A DNA stretch of 64,000 bases from Candidatus Latescibacterota bacterium (GCA_965222605.1 OZ244960.1:4640001-4704000), one strand, 5' to 3'; shown: positions 29,647 through 39,563, counted from the first letter of the stretch. The notes: generated by a model not told the origin, from the sequence alone. Numbers and translations are program-made.

Positions 29647-30533
29647 GTTTGCCTCCTGAATTGCAGCCGGGCGATACGGTGGGGGTGATTGCGCCGTCCG
29701 GGCCCTTTGAGCGCGAGCGGTTGATGTCCGGGCTGGCGTTTTTGCGCGCGAAGGGGTTTGAAGTGCGCGAGGGGGCGTCGCTTTACGCACAGAATCGGTA
29801 TTTGGCGGGGACGGATCGGGCGCGTGCAGATGATGTGAATGCGATGTTTGCAGATGGAGATGTGAAGGGTATTTTTGTCGCGCGCGGCGGGTATGGGGCT
29901 GCGCGCATTTTGGCGTTTTTGGATTGGGTGTCTATTGCTCAAAATCCAAAGGTGCTGGTGGGGCTGAGCGATACGACGGCGTTGCAGTTGGCGATTTTTG
30001 CGCGAACGGGGTTGGTGACATTTTCCGGGTGGTTGCTGTGTTCGGATGTGACGGCAGAAGGCGTTGACCAGGAGACGGAGCAGGCGCTGTGGGCGGCGGT
30101 GTGTTCGCACGAATTTGAGCGCGTTGGTTTAACGCCTTTGCGCGGTGGGGAGGTGAGTGGCCCGCTAATTGGGGGGTGTTTGTCGCTGGTGGTGTCGCTG
30201 GTGGGTACTCGATTTTTGCCAGTACTGGACGGCGCGGTGCTGGTGCTGGAGGATGTGAATGAGCCGCCGTATCGCGTGGATCGGATGCTGAATCAGTTGG
30301 CGATGGTCGGGGTGTTTGATCGGGTCGCAGGTGTGGTATTTGGAGAATTTGTGGATTGCGATCCCGAGCGTGAGATAGAGGGCCGGATCGAAGATGTGAT
30401 CGAGGATTTTGCCACGCGGGTATCTTGCCCGGTTTTTTGTGGTTTGCCTTATGGACATGGCAAAGCACGGCGGGTGTTGCCGATTGGTGCCCCTGTGCGG
30501 ATTGCACAGGATGTGTTGGAATTTGATCTATAA
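29643..30533 (+). CDS. ldcA: LD-carboxypeptidase (peptidase S66)
   Basis: IAPS, RGGYG, GLSDTT, LEDVNE, YGH. Confidence 0.88.
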   Translation: MSLPPELQPGDTVGVIAPSGPFERERLMSGLAFLRAKGFEVREGASLYAQNRYLAGTDRARADDVNAMFADGDVKGIFVARGGYGAARILAFLDWVSIAQNPKVLVGLSDTTALQLAIFARTGLVTFSGWLLCSDVTAEGVDQETEQALWAAVCSHEFERVGLTPLRGGEVSGPLIGGCLSLVVSLVGTRFLPVLDGAVLVLEDVNEPPYRVDRMLNQLAMVGVFDRVAGVVFGEFVDCDPEREIEGRIEDVIEDFATRVSCPVFCGLPYGHGKARRVLPIGAPVRIAQDVLEFDL

Positions 30534-30553
30534 TTTGTGAAAAGGAATCCACC

Positions 30554-31347
30554 GTGATGCAAAAAATACCTCTGATATTTTTTGTCGCCATGACGCTGTC
30601 GTGCGCGGTGATAAATCAACTGAATTTGTTGACGCCCGAGCAAGAAGTGGAGCTTGGCAGGCAAGCCGCGCGGGAGGTGGAGCGGTCAGTGCGGATGTAC
30701 AGGGATCCGCTGGTGCGCGCTTATATAGATAGTCTGGGTCAGGCTCTGGTGCGGGCGTCGAGACTGTCGCAGTTTCGATATTATTTCAAGGTGGTCGATG
30801 CGCCCGAGGTGAATGCTTTTGCTCTGCCGGGGGATTTGTGTACGTGAATCTCGGGTTGATTCAAGCAGCTGAGACCGAGTCGGAGTTGGTCGGGGTGATC
30901 GGGCATGAGATTGGGCATGTGGAAGAGCATCATGGGGCGAAGAAAATTTCACAGCAGTATGGTGTTGCCGTTGTGGTCGATGTCATAGCCGGGGGCGGGG
31001 ATCCATCGCTGAAGCGAAAAATCATCGGTCAATTAGCGGGATTTGGCGGGGGATTGGGTGTGTTGACATACGGGCGTTTCGCCGAGAAGGAAGCTGATGA
31101 GTTCGCTGTGCATTGTATGGTGAAGGCAGGTGTCGATCCCGAAGGCATCGCGCGTTTTTTTGAGACGTTGTTGAAGTTGCACAAAAGCGAACCCAAAGGG
31201 GTCAAGGTGTTGTTTGCGACACATCCCCCAACGCAATCGCGCATCGATTTTGTCCGATCTGAAATTGCCAAACTCCCAAACACTGCGGGACTAAAAAAAA
31301 CATCCGCGCGGTTCGAGCAGATTCGCGCCCGCGTGTTGCGTAAGTAG
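30554..31347 (+). pseudogene. M48 metalloprotease lipoprotein, frameshifted near 30829-30833
   Basis: NAFALPG in first ORF, then FVYVN...HEIGH...EKEAD...THP in another frame; one G short in a G5 run. Confidence 0.8.
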
Positions 31348-31371
31348 GGGCGGTGCCCCCGTGCCCGCCCG
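31344..31371 (+). repeat. GTAG-type REP-like palindrome
   Basis: GTAGGGGCGGTGCCCCCGTGCCCGCCCG overlapping the M48 stop codon. Confidence 0.6.
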
Positions 31372-31394
31372 TGCCGTCAGCAGTCAGCTTTTCA

Positions 31395-31426
31395 CTTCAC
31401 ACTTCACACTTCACACTTCACACTTC
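31395..31426 (+). repeat. (CTTCACA)x4 tandem repeat
   Basis: Directly visible immediately before ATG 31429. Confidence 0.85.
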
Positions 31427-31428
31427 CC

Positions 31429-32487
31429 ATGATTCGTTTTCTCAAATGGGTTTTCCCAATTAGCACGGCGGTTCTGATCGTTGTGGTCGCCAGCGCATAC
31501 TGGTATGTGACGCCGCAGCGGTTGAAGGCGATTGTGCAACCGCATTTGTCGTCGGCTTTGGGACGCGAGGTGATGTTCGACCGTATAGAGTGGGGACTAT
31601 TTGATGGCGTGGTGTTTTCGGGCTTAAGGGTGGAAGGTCGGGTTGGAACCGATCCCTTTACTGACTTACAGCATGTCAGCACAAGCCTGGCTGCGGAGCG
31701 GGCACAGGTGCATATGTCGCGGTGGAAGTTGTTGTCGAGTTTGGGCGCGTTGGTGCTGAGAGGTGCGGTGCCTGGGATGGATGAACAGGGGGATGCTGAA
31801 GATTCGCAGAGTGAGATGGATGCGTTTCTGCCCGTAGATCGCGTTCAGTTTCAGGATGGTACGTTACGGGTGAGACGCATTGCGATTGTTTTTGGTCATC
31901 TGGAGATGGATTTGTACCTCCAAGATGGGCGTTTACATGTGGAGCAAATTCAAGGACAGACGTGCGAGGGTACGCTCACGGGTGCTCTGGTGTGGGATAA
32001 TGGCGTGTGGGATGGGTCTCTGTCGCTTGCGAATGCCCAGGCAGAACAGGTCGTGCATTCGGTTGGCTGGGATATTCCGCTTTACGGCGCGGTTGATATA
32101 ACGGCTCAGGTTTCAGGGGTAAGCGTGAGTGGTACCGCAAGTATGGACGAGGGGCGCATTGTGAAGTGGAATTTTTTGCAGCGGTTATTGCACCCGATGG
32201 CACAATTTGGTTTGCTACCTGCCGATGAGATTCCGCTCAAAGATGTGACGGTGGTTTTTCAGGTGCAGGGCGATGAGGTGATTCTTGATGGTACAAAATT
32301 CACAGCCGCAGATATAGTCTGTGCATTAAATGGTAAGAATTCTCGGAAGGGTCAGTTGGATTATGTATTGGATGTGGAGATGCCCCTCCAGTTTGCTGGA
32401 TTTCGTCTGGGACGCGGAACTATTCCCTTATGTATAAAAATTACCGGCACAGCAAGCGCACCAGATGTGACGGTGAAAATCAAATAG
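31429..32487 (+). CDS. AsmA-like beta-rich envelope protein
   Basis: N-terminal TM, LSSALGREV, C-terminal IKITGTASAPDV. Confidence 0.65.
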   Translation: MIRFLKWVFPISTAVLIVVVASAYWYVTPQRLKAIVQPHLSSALGREVMFDRIEWGLFDGVVFSGLRVEGRVGTDPFTDLQHVSTSLAAERAQVHMSRWKLLSSLGALVLRGAVPGMDEQGDAEDSQSEMDAFLPVDRVQFQDGTLRVRRIAIVFGHLEMDLYLQDGRLHVEQIQGQTCEGTLTGALVWDNGVWDGSLSLANAQAEQVVHSVGWDIPLYGAVDITAQVSGVSVSGTASMDEGRIVKWNFLQRLLHPMAQFGLLPADEIPLKDVTVVFQVQGDEVILDGTKFTAADIVCALNGKNSRKGQLDYVLDVEMPLQFAGFRLGRGTIPLCIKITGTASAPDVTVKIK

Positions 32488-32490
32488 GTA

Positions 32491-32613
32491 TTAAAGAGCC
32501 AGCACAATGACAATGAGTAAGCCGACTATAATCAACGCGCCGAAAAATACGATGCAAAAACCTCTAATAAAACCGCCCATAAATCCATCTTTGTTGTTGT
32601 CATTGTTGTTCAT
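32491..32613 (-). CDS. 40-aa single-TM small protein
   Basis: MNNNDNNKDGFMGGFIRGFCIVFFGALIIVGLLIVIVLAL*, GAGGGGAG RBS; below ORF-track cutoff. Confidence 0.55.
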   Translation of the reverse strand: MNNNDNNKDGFMGGFIRGFCIVFFGALIIVGLLIVIVLAL

Positions 32614-32638
32614 GTTACTCGCTCCCCTCAATATCACC

Positions 32639-33025
32639 TCAAACAAAGCCAGGGGGGACAACGGCCTTCAGCAGAACGGCTGGTAGCCGTTTCAGCTCTT
32701 CATTGCGCGGGTCAACCTCGAAACCACCGGATTCCAAAGCGGTGACGCCGAGCAATGGTTCCGCTCCTTCCTCGCCGTACACAATGGTCCCACCGACAAT
32801 TTCTCCCTCGAACTCGATCTCAGCGATGGTTATATCCATGGCGATAGGATTTCCGTCTGCAAGTACGTATTCGCGTCGGCCCCTCGGTTCGAGTCCAATC
32901 TCTTCGAGGCGCACCCTCGGCACGAGTGAGTCGAACGCGCCAGTATCGACCAGGAATTTGCCGGTCCAACTGCGTTGCCGGTCTGCGGGATTGCGGATTG
33001 TGACGTCAACATAAGTTGCACCCAT
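32639..33025 (-). CDS. Clan AA (retropepsin-like) aspartic protease
   Basis: FLVDTGA and PLLGVTALE motifs. Confidence 0.85.
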   Translation of the reverse strand: MGATYVDVTIRNPADRQRSWTGKFLVDTGAFDSLVPRVRLEEIGLEPRGRREYVLADGNPIAMDITIAEIEFEGEIVGGTIVYGEEGAEPLLGVTALESGGFEVDPRNEELKRLPAVLLKAVVPPGFV

Positions 33026-33241
33026 AGCGGTTCTCCTATCGGGTTGGTTATGGATAGCTTATATTTGAAGATATGGGACAAAATTGAGTCTGTATAGCAC
33101 CACACGAGAAAAATAAGAATATGGTAAAATGAAACGTAATGCAAGGTTCAATCCTTATTTTGATGGAATGCCTGCCTACATGCGCTCTCTCCACATCAGT
33201 GGGGAATATACGTCGTCATTCGCGATCATCTCCATCGTGAT

Positions 33242-36013
33242 CGGTACATCCCCACGTCTGTAGGGAACACTTTTCCCTCCCTCTCCATCTCAGTTGTCGC
33301 TCGGCACATCCCCACGTTTGTGGGGAACATATAGAGGTATTCCACCAGAACAAAGATTGAAACGGTACATCCCCACGTTTGTGGGGGACATATAGGAGTA
33401 CTAAAACCGTAAGGCCATAAAGCCGGTACATCCCCACGCCTGTGGGGAGATTGGTGTACTGGTCGATGTCCGTGACCTGGGGGGCGGTTCATCCCCACGC
33501 CTGTGGGGAGATTCTTACGCTCTAACGCGGCAGCCCCTTTTTCGGCGGTTCATCCCCACGCCTGTGGGGAGATTCCGTTTCTGCTATGATACCCTGTGGC
33601 CCCAAAAGGTTCATCCCCACGCCTGTGGGGAGATTCAGACATCCTATAGCCATCATCAAGCACACAGCGGTTCATCCCCACGCCTGTGGGGAGATTTACT
33701 TCTAAGCCTACACCAAAGAGGCTGGCGGCGGTTCATCCCCACGCCTGTGGGGAGATTAAGATCATCAGTCCATCGCTGGCTAATCGCACCGGTTCATCCC
33801 CACGCCTGTGGGGAGATTTTAAACCGCCCCTTCCCCGTCAGCCGAGAATACGGTTCATCCCCACGCCTGTGGGGAGATTGGTGCGAGACGCCCCTAAAAT
33901 TCATGTGCCATCGGTTCATCCCCACGCCTGTGGGGAGATTTAGATTTTATCATATATCGACCAGAAAGAACCCGGTTCATCCCCACGCCTGTGGGGAGAT
34001 TGGCCAGCGGGGGTTTAGTTCATATCAATTACCCGGTTCATCCCCACGCCTGTGGGGAGATTTCTCGTGTGTCACCCACGAACCCTTGCCACATCGGTTC
34101 ATCCCCACGCCTGTGGGGAGATTGCCCCCCCTCTCACATAGACAGTCTCTACATTAGGTTCATCCCCACGCCTGTGGGGAGATTACAACACGTCTGCATA
34201 CGCCATCGGGGATAACCGGTTCATCCCCACGCCTGTGGGGAGATTCTCTTGTGCCTTTCTCAATTTCCACGGTGACAGGGTTCATCCCCACGCCTGTGGG
34301 GAGATTCGAGCTCGCCGGGCAGGTGTGTGCGAATAAACCGGTTCATCCCCACGCCTGTGGGGAGATTTCCTGCTCCTTTGTGGGGTGTGTGTCGCTGTCC
34401 GGTTCATCCCCACGCCTGTGGGGAGATTGACAAGTCGGGCGATGATGGCGCCGATGACGACGGTTCATCCCCACGCCTGTGGGGAGATTTTTCGCCGTGA
34501 CCAAATTGATAGGGCTGTATGAGGTTCATCCCCACGCCTGTGGGGAGATTCTCCCAGCGCGCGCGAAGCCACCAGAGAAGATCGGTTCATCCCCACGCCT
34601 GTGGGGAGATTGTTGTTCGTTGCATGGAAGAGTGGCCTGGTTACGGTTCATCCCCACGCCTGTGGGGAGATTCTGAATAAGGTCGGGGTGCTCTGGAATC
34701 AGTACGGTTCATCCCCACGCCTGTGGGGAGATTTCACAAACTCACTGTAAGTCATTTGCTGTTCCTGGTTCATCCCCACGCCTGTGGGGAGATTGGTAGT
34801 CTTTCATTTTACCTCCATCCCTTTTTCGGTTCATCCCCACGCCTGTGGGGAGATTATCTTTCAATACGACCGTGCGATTGCTGGTGTCGGTTCATCCCCA
34901 CGCCTGTGGGGAGATTCACTCGCCATCAAATGTCGGTTCAGGTTCGGGGGTTCATCCCCACGCCTGTGGGGAGATTTCTGTCATCGTCCGCCGGCATTCG
35001 TGAATAGCCGGTTCATCCCCACGCCTGTGGGGAGATTCAGTTCATCGCGCAAAGTGACGGTGGTGGCGTCGGTTCATCCCCACGCCTGTGGGGAGATTCT
35101 TATAGTAATCTTGCATATAGATACGATAAACGGTTCATCCCCACGCCTGTGGGGAGATTTGCGATTTGCAAGCCCTCAATCGCCGATTGAAAGGTTCATC
35201 CCCACGCCTGTGGGGAGATTTTTCCTTTGCACGTATGAGTTATTACGTCCACCGGTTCATCCCCACGCCTGTGGGGAGATTGACATAATAGGCGGAGATA
35301 TTTTCAAGCTCGCCGGTTCATCCCCACGCCTGTGGGGAGATTGCCTACGACGTTTGCTGCTGCTGGGGAAAGTTCGGTTCATCCCCACGCCTGTGGGGAG
35401 ATTCCCTCGATCTCGCATCAGCAGCAACCGTATCACGGTTCATCCCCACGCCTGTGGGGAGATTTGCGCTATCGTCATCAGAAATTGGATCCACACAGGT
35501 TCATCCCCACGCCTGTGGGGAGATTCAGAATTCAACCTCAGAGTAGGAGCAAGAGAGCGGTTCATCCCCACGCCTGTGGGGAGATTTATGCATGCAACAC
35601 ATCATCAAACAACATTCTCGGTTCATCCCCACGCCTGTGGGGAGATTCATCATCGCCACAAACCCGGTGGCCGCGGCACCGGTTCATCCCCACGCCTGTG
35701 GGGAGATTGGTGATGGCGTTTTCCTGTCAGATCGCCGAGCCGGTTCATCCCCACGCCTGTGGGGAGATTTCATACTGATATGCACCCCACACAGGCCAGG
35801 CCGGTTCATCCCCACGCCTGTGGGGAGATTCGCGGCCCGATAGAGCGAGAGATTCGCCGATACGGTTCATCCCCACGCCTGTGGGGAGATTCATGATCTG
35901 TGGGTTTTCCTTGCGCGTGATACAGGTTCATCCCCACGCCTGTGGGGAGATTCAGTTTCGGAAGTCGTTCCCGTAGATACCGTTAGGTTCATCCCCACGC
36001 CTGTGGGGAGATT
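33242..36013 (-). CRISPR. Type I-E CRISPR array, 46 repeats / 45 spacers
   Basis: 29-nt repeat AATCTCCCCACAGGCGTGGGGATGAACCG (minus strand), 61-bp period; 42 consensus, 1 hybrid and 3 variant repeats, plus a remnant near 33182; degeneracy at left end, leader at cas2 end. Confidence 0.98.
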
Positions 36014-36087
36014 ACCAATATCTTCCCTAAGAAGAACTCATGCACCACAATATCTTGTATATTTCGAAATCTGAAAATCCGCTAAAC
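36014..36087 (-). promoter_or_regulatory. CRISPR leader
   Basis: AT-rich 74 bp between cas2 stop and first repeat. Confidence 0.65.
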
Positions 36088-36393
36088 TCATACTATTTCA
36101 TCATATCTGATCTGTTCATCCCAATCTTCGGCGATAAGAAACAACCCTGATTCCTGGACTACTCGGCGTTTGGTTTCACCAAAAGTGTGGATGTGAAACC
36201 CTTGTGTGCTATTATCGGATGCAATAACCAAAAGACCTAACTCAGGCGCATTGCGTCGAACATACTCAATGGTTTTTTCCCGTGTTCGGCGGTTTACAGT
36301 TCCGACAAAAACATTGGGACGAGGTTCAACAAACCATCGTTTCAACAGCCCGCGAATTGCAGGTGGAGTGTCATTGGCAACAATCACTGTCAT
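36088..36393 (-). CDS. cas2: Cas2 (type I-E)
   Basis: PPAIRGLLKRWFVEPRPNVFVG, TQGF. Confidence 0.93.
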   Translation of the reverse strand: MTVIVANDTPPAIRGLLKRWFVEPRPNVFVGTVNRRTREKTIEYVRRNAPELGLLVIASDNSTQGFHIHTFGETKRRVVQESGLFLIAEDWDEQIRYDEIV

Positions 36394-37223
36394 GACAGAA
36401 GTTCCTCTATATCTTCTGGAATTTTTTCTAAGAGCTTGTGTTTTTCGATGCAGTTTTTTAACTGCGCTAAAACTTGCTTTCCACTGGCCTCTGGATTGAT
36501 GCTCAAAGTTTGAAAGGCTGCAACAAGCGTTGTCCTGGGTTTGTAGATGTCCGCAATATCAAACACGAAAGGCAATGTGCCGCTACTGTGAATAAAACCC
36601 AATTGTGGCAAATATCCCATTGAGCAAATAATAGCCGTGCATAAAGCATATAGCGAAGCATTGGCGGCAGAAATTGCACGATTGATATTGTCTGCCAAAG
36701 ACCAATTTCTGGGATTATAGTTGCGTCCTTTCCAGGTCACGCCGTATTTGTGTCCCATATCTGCATACAGATTCCGGATACGCACGCCTTCCATCCCGCG
36801 CAGTTCCTTAATGGTCCTTGATTTTACATCTATATTGGGAAATCGTCTCGCAAACATTCGCCGGGCAATTTCGGTTCGTCTCTTTCGAGACGCATGTGCC
36901 GCAGCTTGCTTTCGAGCACGAGCATTATCATGTGTGGGTGTTACCCCAAACGCATAAAAACGCATCGCTTCTGCGCCGATCCAACAAATTGGTGTATTGG
37001 AATCGCTACACGCTTTTACAGCCGCATGTGTAACCGTTGTTCCTGGTCCAAGCATTAACGTGCTCACTGTGGCAACAGGAATACGCATGACCGTGCGGTC
37101 TGCACCAATCCATTTCACGCTTGAATCATCTACCTCCAGGCGGCCATGTTCCAGATACAGAGGCGTCCAGCGGTCTTTTGCAGGTGTGAGGGTTTCAATC
37201 GGAGGTTTTTCAAAAATAGGCAT
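36390..37223 (-). CDS. cas1: Cas1 (type I-E)
   Basis: LGPGTTVTHAA, LRGMEGVRIR, LGFIH, FVFDIADIYK. Confidence 0.96.
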   Translation of the reverse strand: MPIFEKPPIETLTPAKDRWTPLYLEHGRLEVDDSSVKWIGADRTVMRIPVATVSTLMLGPGTTVTHAAVKACSDSNTPICWIGAEAMRFYAFGVTPTHDNARARKQAAAHASRKRRTEIARRMFARRFPNIDVKSRTIKELRGMEGVRIRNLYADMGHKYGVTWKGRNYNPRNWSLADNINRAISAANASLYALCTAIICSMGYLPQLGFIHSSGTLPFVFDIADIYKPRTTLVAAFQTLSINPEASGKQVLAQLKNCIEKHKLLEKIPEDIEELLS

Positions 37224-37225
37224 AT

Positions 37226-37897
37226 CTAAGAATCTCCATTGGGGAGGTCTTCTACGCAAACCCGTCGCATGGAAAATTCCCGTGTATCAAAATTGAGAGG
37301 CAAATCAGGTAAAGTATCCGTACCCTGCTCAAAATCCTCGACATCCGTTATACACCGCTGAATCTCACCGTTGGAAATCTGTTCGAGATGCTTGATTGCC
37401 TCTTCTCGATTTAGAAAAATACCTTGTGCAATCGGTGATGCAGGAATACACGCCTTGCGTCCAAGCCATAGGCCCCACTTCGGATTCCGCAAAGCTGAAT
37501 CACATTGTTCAAGCAGGTTGTTGTCTCCGCTTAAAAGCACACCAAACTTTGCATCAGATAGATATTCGCGGAATGTAATAACCGCATCCTTAGCGCGTGA
37601 TCCGGATGCAATGCGTGGAATATTCTGAGAACCGGGTTCGTATCCCCCACCGACTGTGTGGTAATCAATCCAGCGACTGCTCAAGCTAAATGACAGAACT
37701 TCCATCTTCATTGCTGCCAATTCTCCCAATGTTTCAACATCAGACTTTGGGACGCCCAGCGCCGCGCACAAGATACCCAATACACCACTTTTGGTCGGAT
37801 AAGATAAGGATGTTCTTCGGTTAAATCGGCTTTGATAGCCCCATGCTTGCATGGGGCCATCGAGATATAAGGCCAGTAGGGGATTATTGGTCTGCAT
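37226..37897 (-). CDS. cas5: Cas5 (CasD)
   Basis: GPMQAWG, PTKSGVLG, DYHTV, REYLSDA, LGRKAC. Confidence 0.95.
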   Translation of the reverse strand: MQTNNPLLALYLDGPMQAWGYQSRFNRRTSLSYPTKSGVLGILCAALGVPKSDVETLGELAAMKMEVLSFSLSSRWIDYHTVGGGYEPGSQNIPRIASGSRAKDAVITFREYLSDAKFGVLLSGDNNLLEQCDSALRNPKWGLWLGRKACIPASPIAQGIFLNREEAIKHLEQISNGEIQRCITDVEDFEQGTDTLPDLPLNFDTREFSMRRVCVEDLPNGDS

Positions 37898-38942
37898 CTT
37901 TGGTCATTGCCTCACAGAAAGAATTCAAATCCACATCGGGAATAGCAACCTCTGCCGCTTCGATACCATAAACTTTTTTTAATGTTTCATAGTGCCCTTT
38001 TAATGCTGCTACCGAAGGTTTGATATAACCATTGCTGCTCTTGATACCGCCTTCAAAAGCATTGGCAAGAGACAAAGGCTGTCCTTCTCGTCTTAGTCCC
38101 AAAACAAAAGCGGGTGGATTGTGACCAAACATAGAATTTTTGCGTGCATTGGGAACAGCCAAGATTGAAGCACGAATAAACGTATCTACCACCGCCTCTC
38201 GCTCTTCTTCAGAAAGGTGCTTCAAGTGATCTTGATCTGCCAACAAATCTAAATTCAAACCAATATATCGGTAATAGCATGCCGAGTTAAATTCCAATGT
38301 ACCAATATGACCTGCACCCTCTGAGGTCTCGGGTTGCAGGTCATCAACTGCCGAGAAGAAATCAATGTCGTTACTCACGCGATGAGTAGATAATGCATGG
38401 CTAAACAAACCCGCACCCTCTACCATCAACGTATGATCTTTTGCCACCATACGACCAAAAACTGCAATATCAGCCATGTCACCTGGCGTGATTTTTAATA
38501 TAGCTTTTTTTAGCGTACCTGTTTTCAGATTAATTTCACTCTTTTCGCGTATTTGTTCTGCTGCCATTTTTGCAATACCAGCCACTTCGTTCGGCGTCAA
38601 GTATAATGCAACAGATGTTTTATATCCCTCTTTGTATTTGCTATCTTGATCGCCGATGAACTTTGCGATTTTTTCAGCGCTTTCTTTAGCTTTCACCAAG
38701 TCAATATTTTCAGCTTCAAGCGCATGTTCAATTTCTTTTGCAAAATAATGGCTACGCTTGCCGTCAAAAAGCGCAGGTTGGATTTTTGACGCTATTTCCC
38801 GAATGGCACGTTTCCATGACTGGCTACTCACACGCGCACGTTGCACACCGCCAAAAAAGGCAGTTTTGGGAGCGTTGAGATCATCCCGATTGAGGCACGT
38901 CACGGGGAAAGATTGAATGATGTGAAGTTCGATGAGTTTCAT
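37884..38942 (-). CDS. cas7: Cas7 (CasC)
   Basis: LNRDDLNAPKT, RVSSQSWKR, FGRMVA, DFFSAVDD, CYYRY. Confidence 0.96.
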   Translation of the reverse strand: MKLIELHIIQSFPVTCLNRDDLNAPKTAFFGGVQRARVSSQSWKRAIREIASKIQPALFDGKRSHYFAKEIEHALEAENIDLVKAKESAEKIAKFIGDQDSKYKEGYKTSVALYLTPNEVAGIAKMAAEQIREKSEINLKTGTLKKAILKITPGDMADIAVFGRMVAKDHTLMVEGAGLFSHALSTHRVSNDIDFFSAVDDLQPETSEGAGHIGTLEFNSACYYRYIGLNLDLLADQDHLKHLSEEEREAVVDTFIRASILAVPNARKNSMFGHNPPAFVLGLRREGQPLSLANAFEGGIKSSNGYIKPSVAALKGHYETLKKVYGIEAAEVAIPDVDLNSFCEAMTKDADQ

Positions 38943-38954
38943 GGGTACTTCTCC

Positions 38955-39563
38955 TTATCCAAGTGGTTGTAAAACGAGCATGCCAAAACCAAAGGCTTTG
39001 GCCGGGCCGATACCCGTTTGAAAGGCATCTTTGAAATGGTTTCGATTCTGTACTTGCAATGTGCCGCGGAAATCTACACAGACATGCTTTCCCTGTCTTT
39101 TTTGGCGCCGAAAATGCTGTGTTACAGGAGCACCGATTTCAACATTGAGGATTGTAAAGCCGTGTTGTTGCGCTTTGTTTGTTAGCCATTCATTGAGTTG
39201 TTCCGGACTGTAGATGGCTGTGCGTTGTCCGTTTTTTTTTCGTTCCCCAGATTCGTTGCGAACAACGCGCTTCACGGTGGGATTGGCACGTAGGGCAAAG
39301 CGATAATGCGTATATTCGAGAAAGTTAGGGAGAATTTCACGAGTGGCCCATTCCCCCCAGGGCTGCATCATAGGCGCACGATCAGATAAGAGATAAACGC
39401 GATAATTCTGACCGTAATTATCCACACGGCTCAAAAAAGATCGAGGTGTTCCAGCGGGGGCAAGAAAAGCCTTCCAGAGTGCTTGATGCCACCTATAACT
39501 GTCTGTCAACCGATGTTGAAGTGCGTCGCGCTTATTGATCAAAATTTGGGTAAGATATTTCAT
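38955..39563 (-). CDS. cas6e: Cas6e (CasE)
   Basis: HQALW, LRANPT, GIGPAKAFGFGML. Confidence 0.95.
   Translation of the reverse strand: MKYLTQILINKRDALQHRLTDSYRWHQALWKAFLAPAGTPRSFLSRVDNYGQNYRVYLLSDRAPMMQPWGEWATREILPNFLEYTHYRFALRANPTVKRVVRNESGERKKNGQRTAIYSPEQLNEWLTNKAQQHGFTILNVEIGAPVTQHFRRQKRQGKHVCVDFRGTLQVQNRNHFKDAFQTGIGPAKAFGFGMLVLQPLG

Noticed and set aside
12349-30591. Long antisense or alternate-frame ORFs (e.g. 12349-13008, 23646-24536, 27139-27780, 29932-30591)
   Set aside because: Shadows of well-supported genes; no motifs
34917-34947. Spacer containing CGGTTCA/GGTTCGG resembling the repeat end
   Set aside because: Only 7-nt matches; compatible with chance
33216-35843. Many ORFs up to 309 aa with repeating VHPHACGE/GSSPRLWG/RFIPTPVG
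   Set aside because: Translations of the CRISPR repeat in rotating frames, not genes
33271-35984. Self-targeting or duplicated spacers
   Set aside because: None noticed by eye; not exhaustive and needs BLASTN
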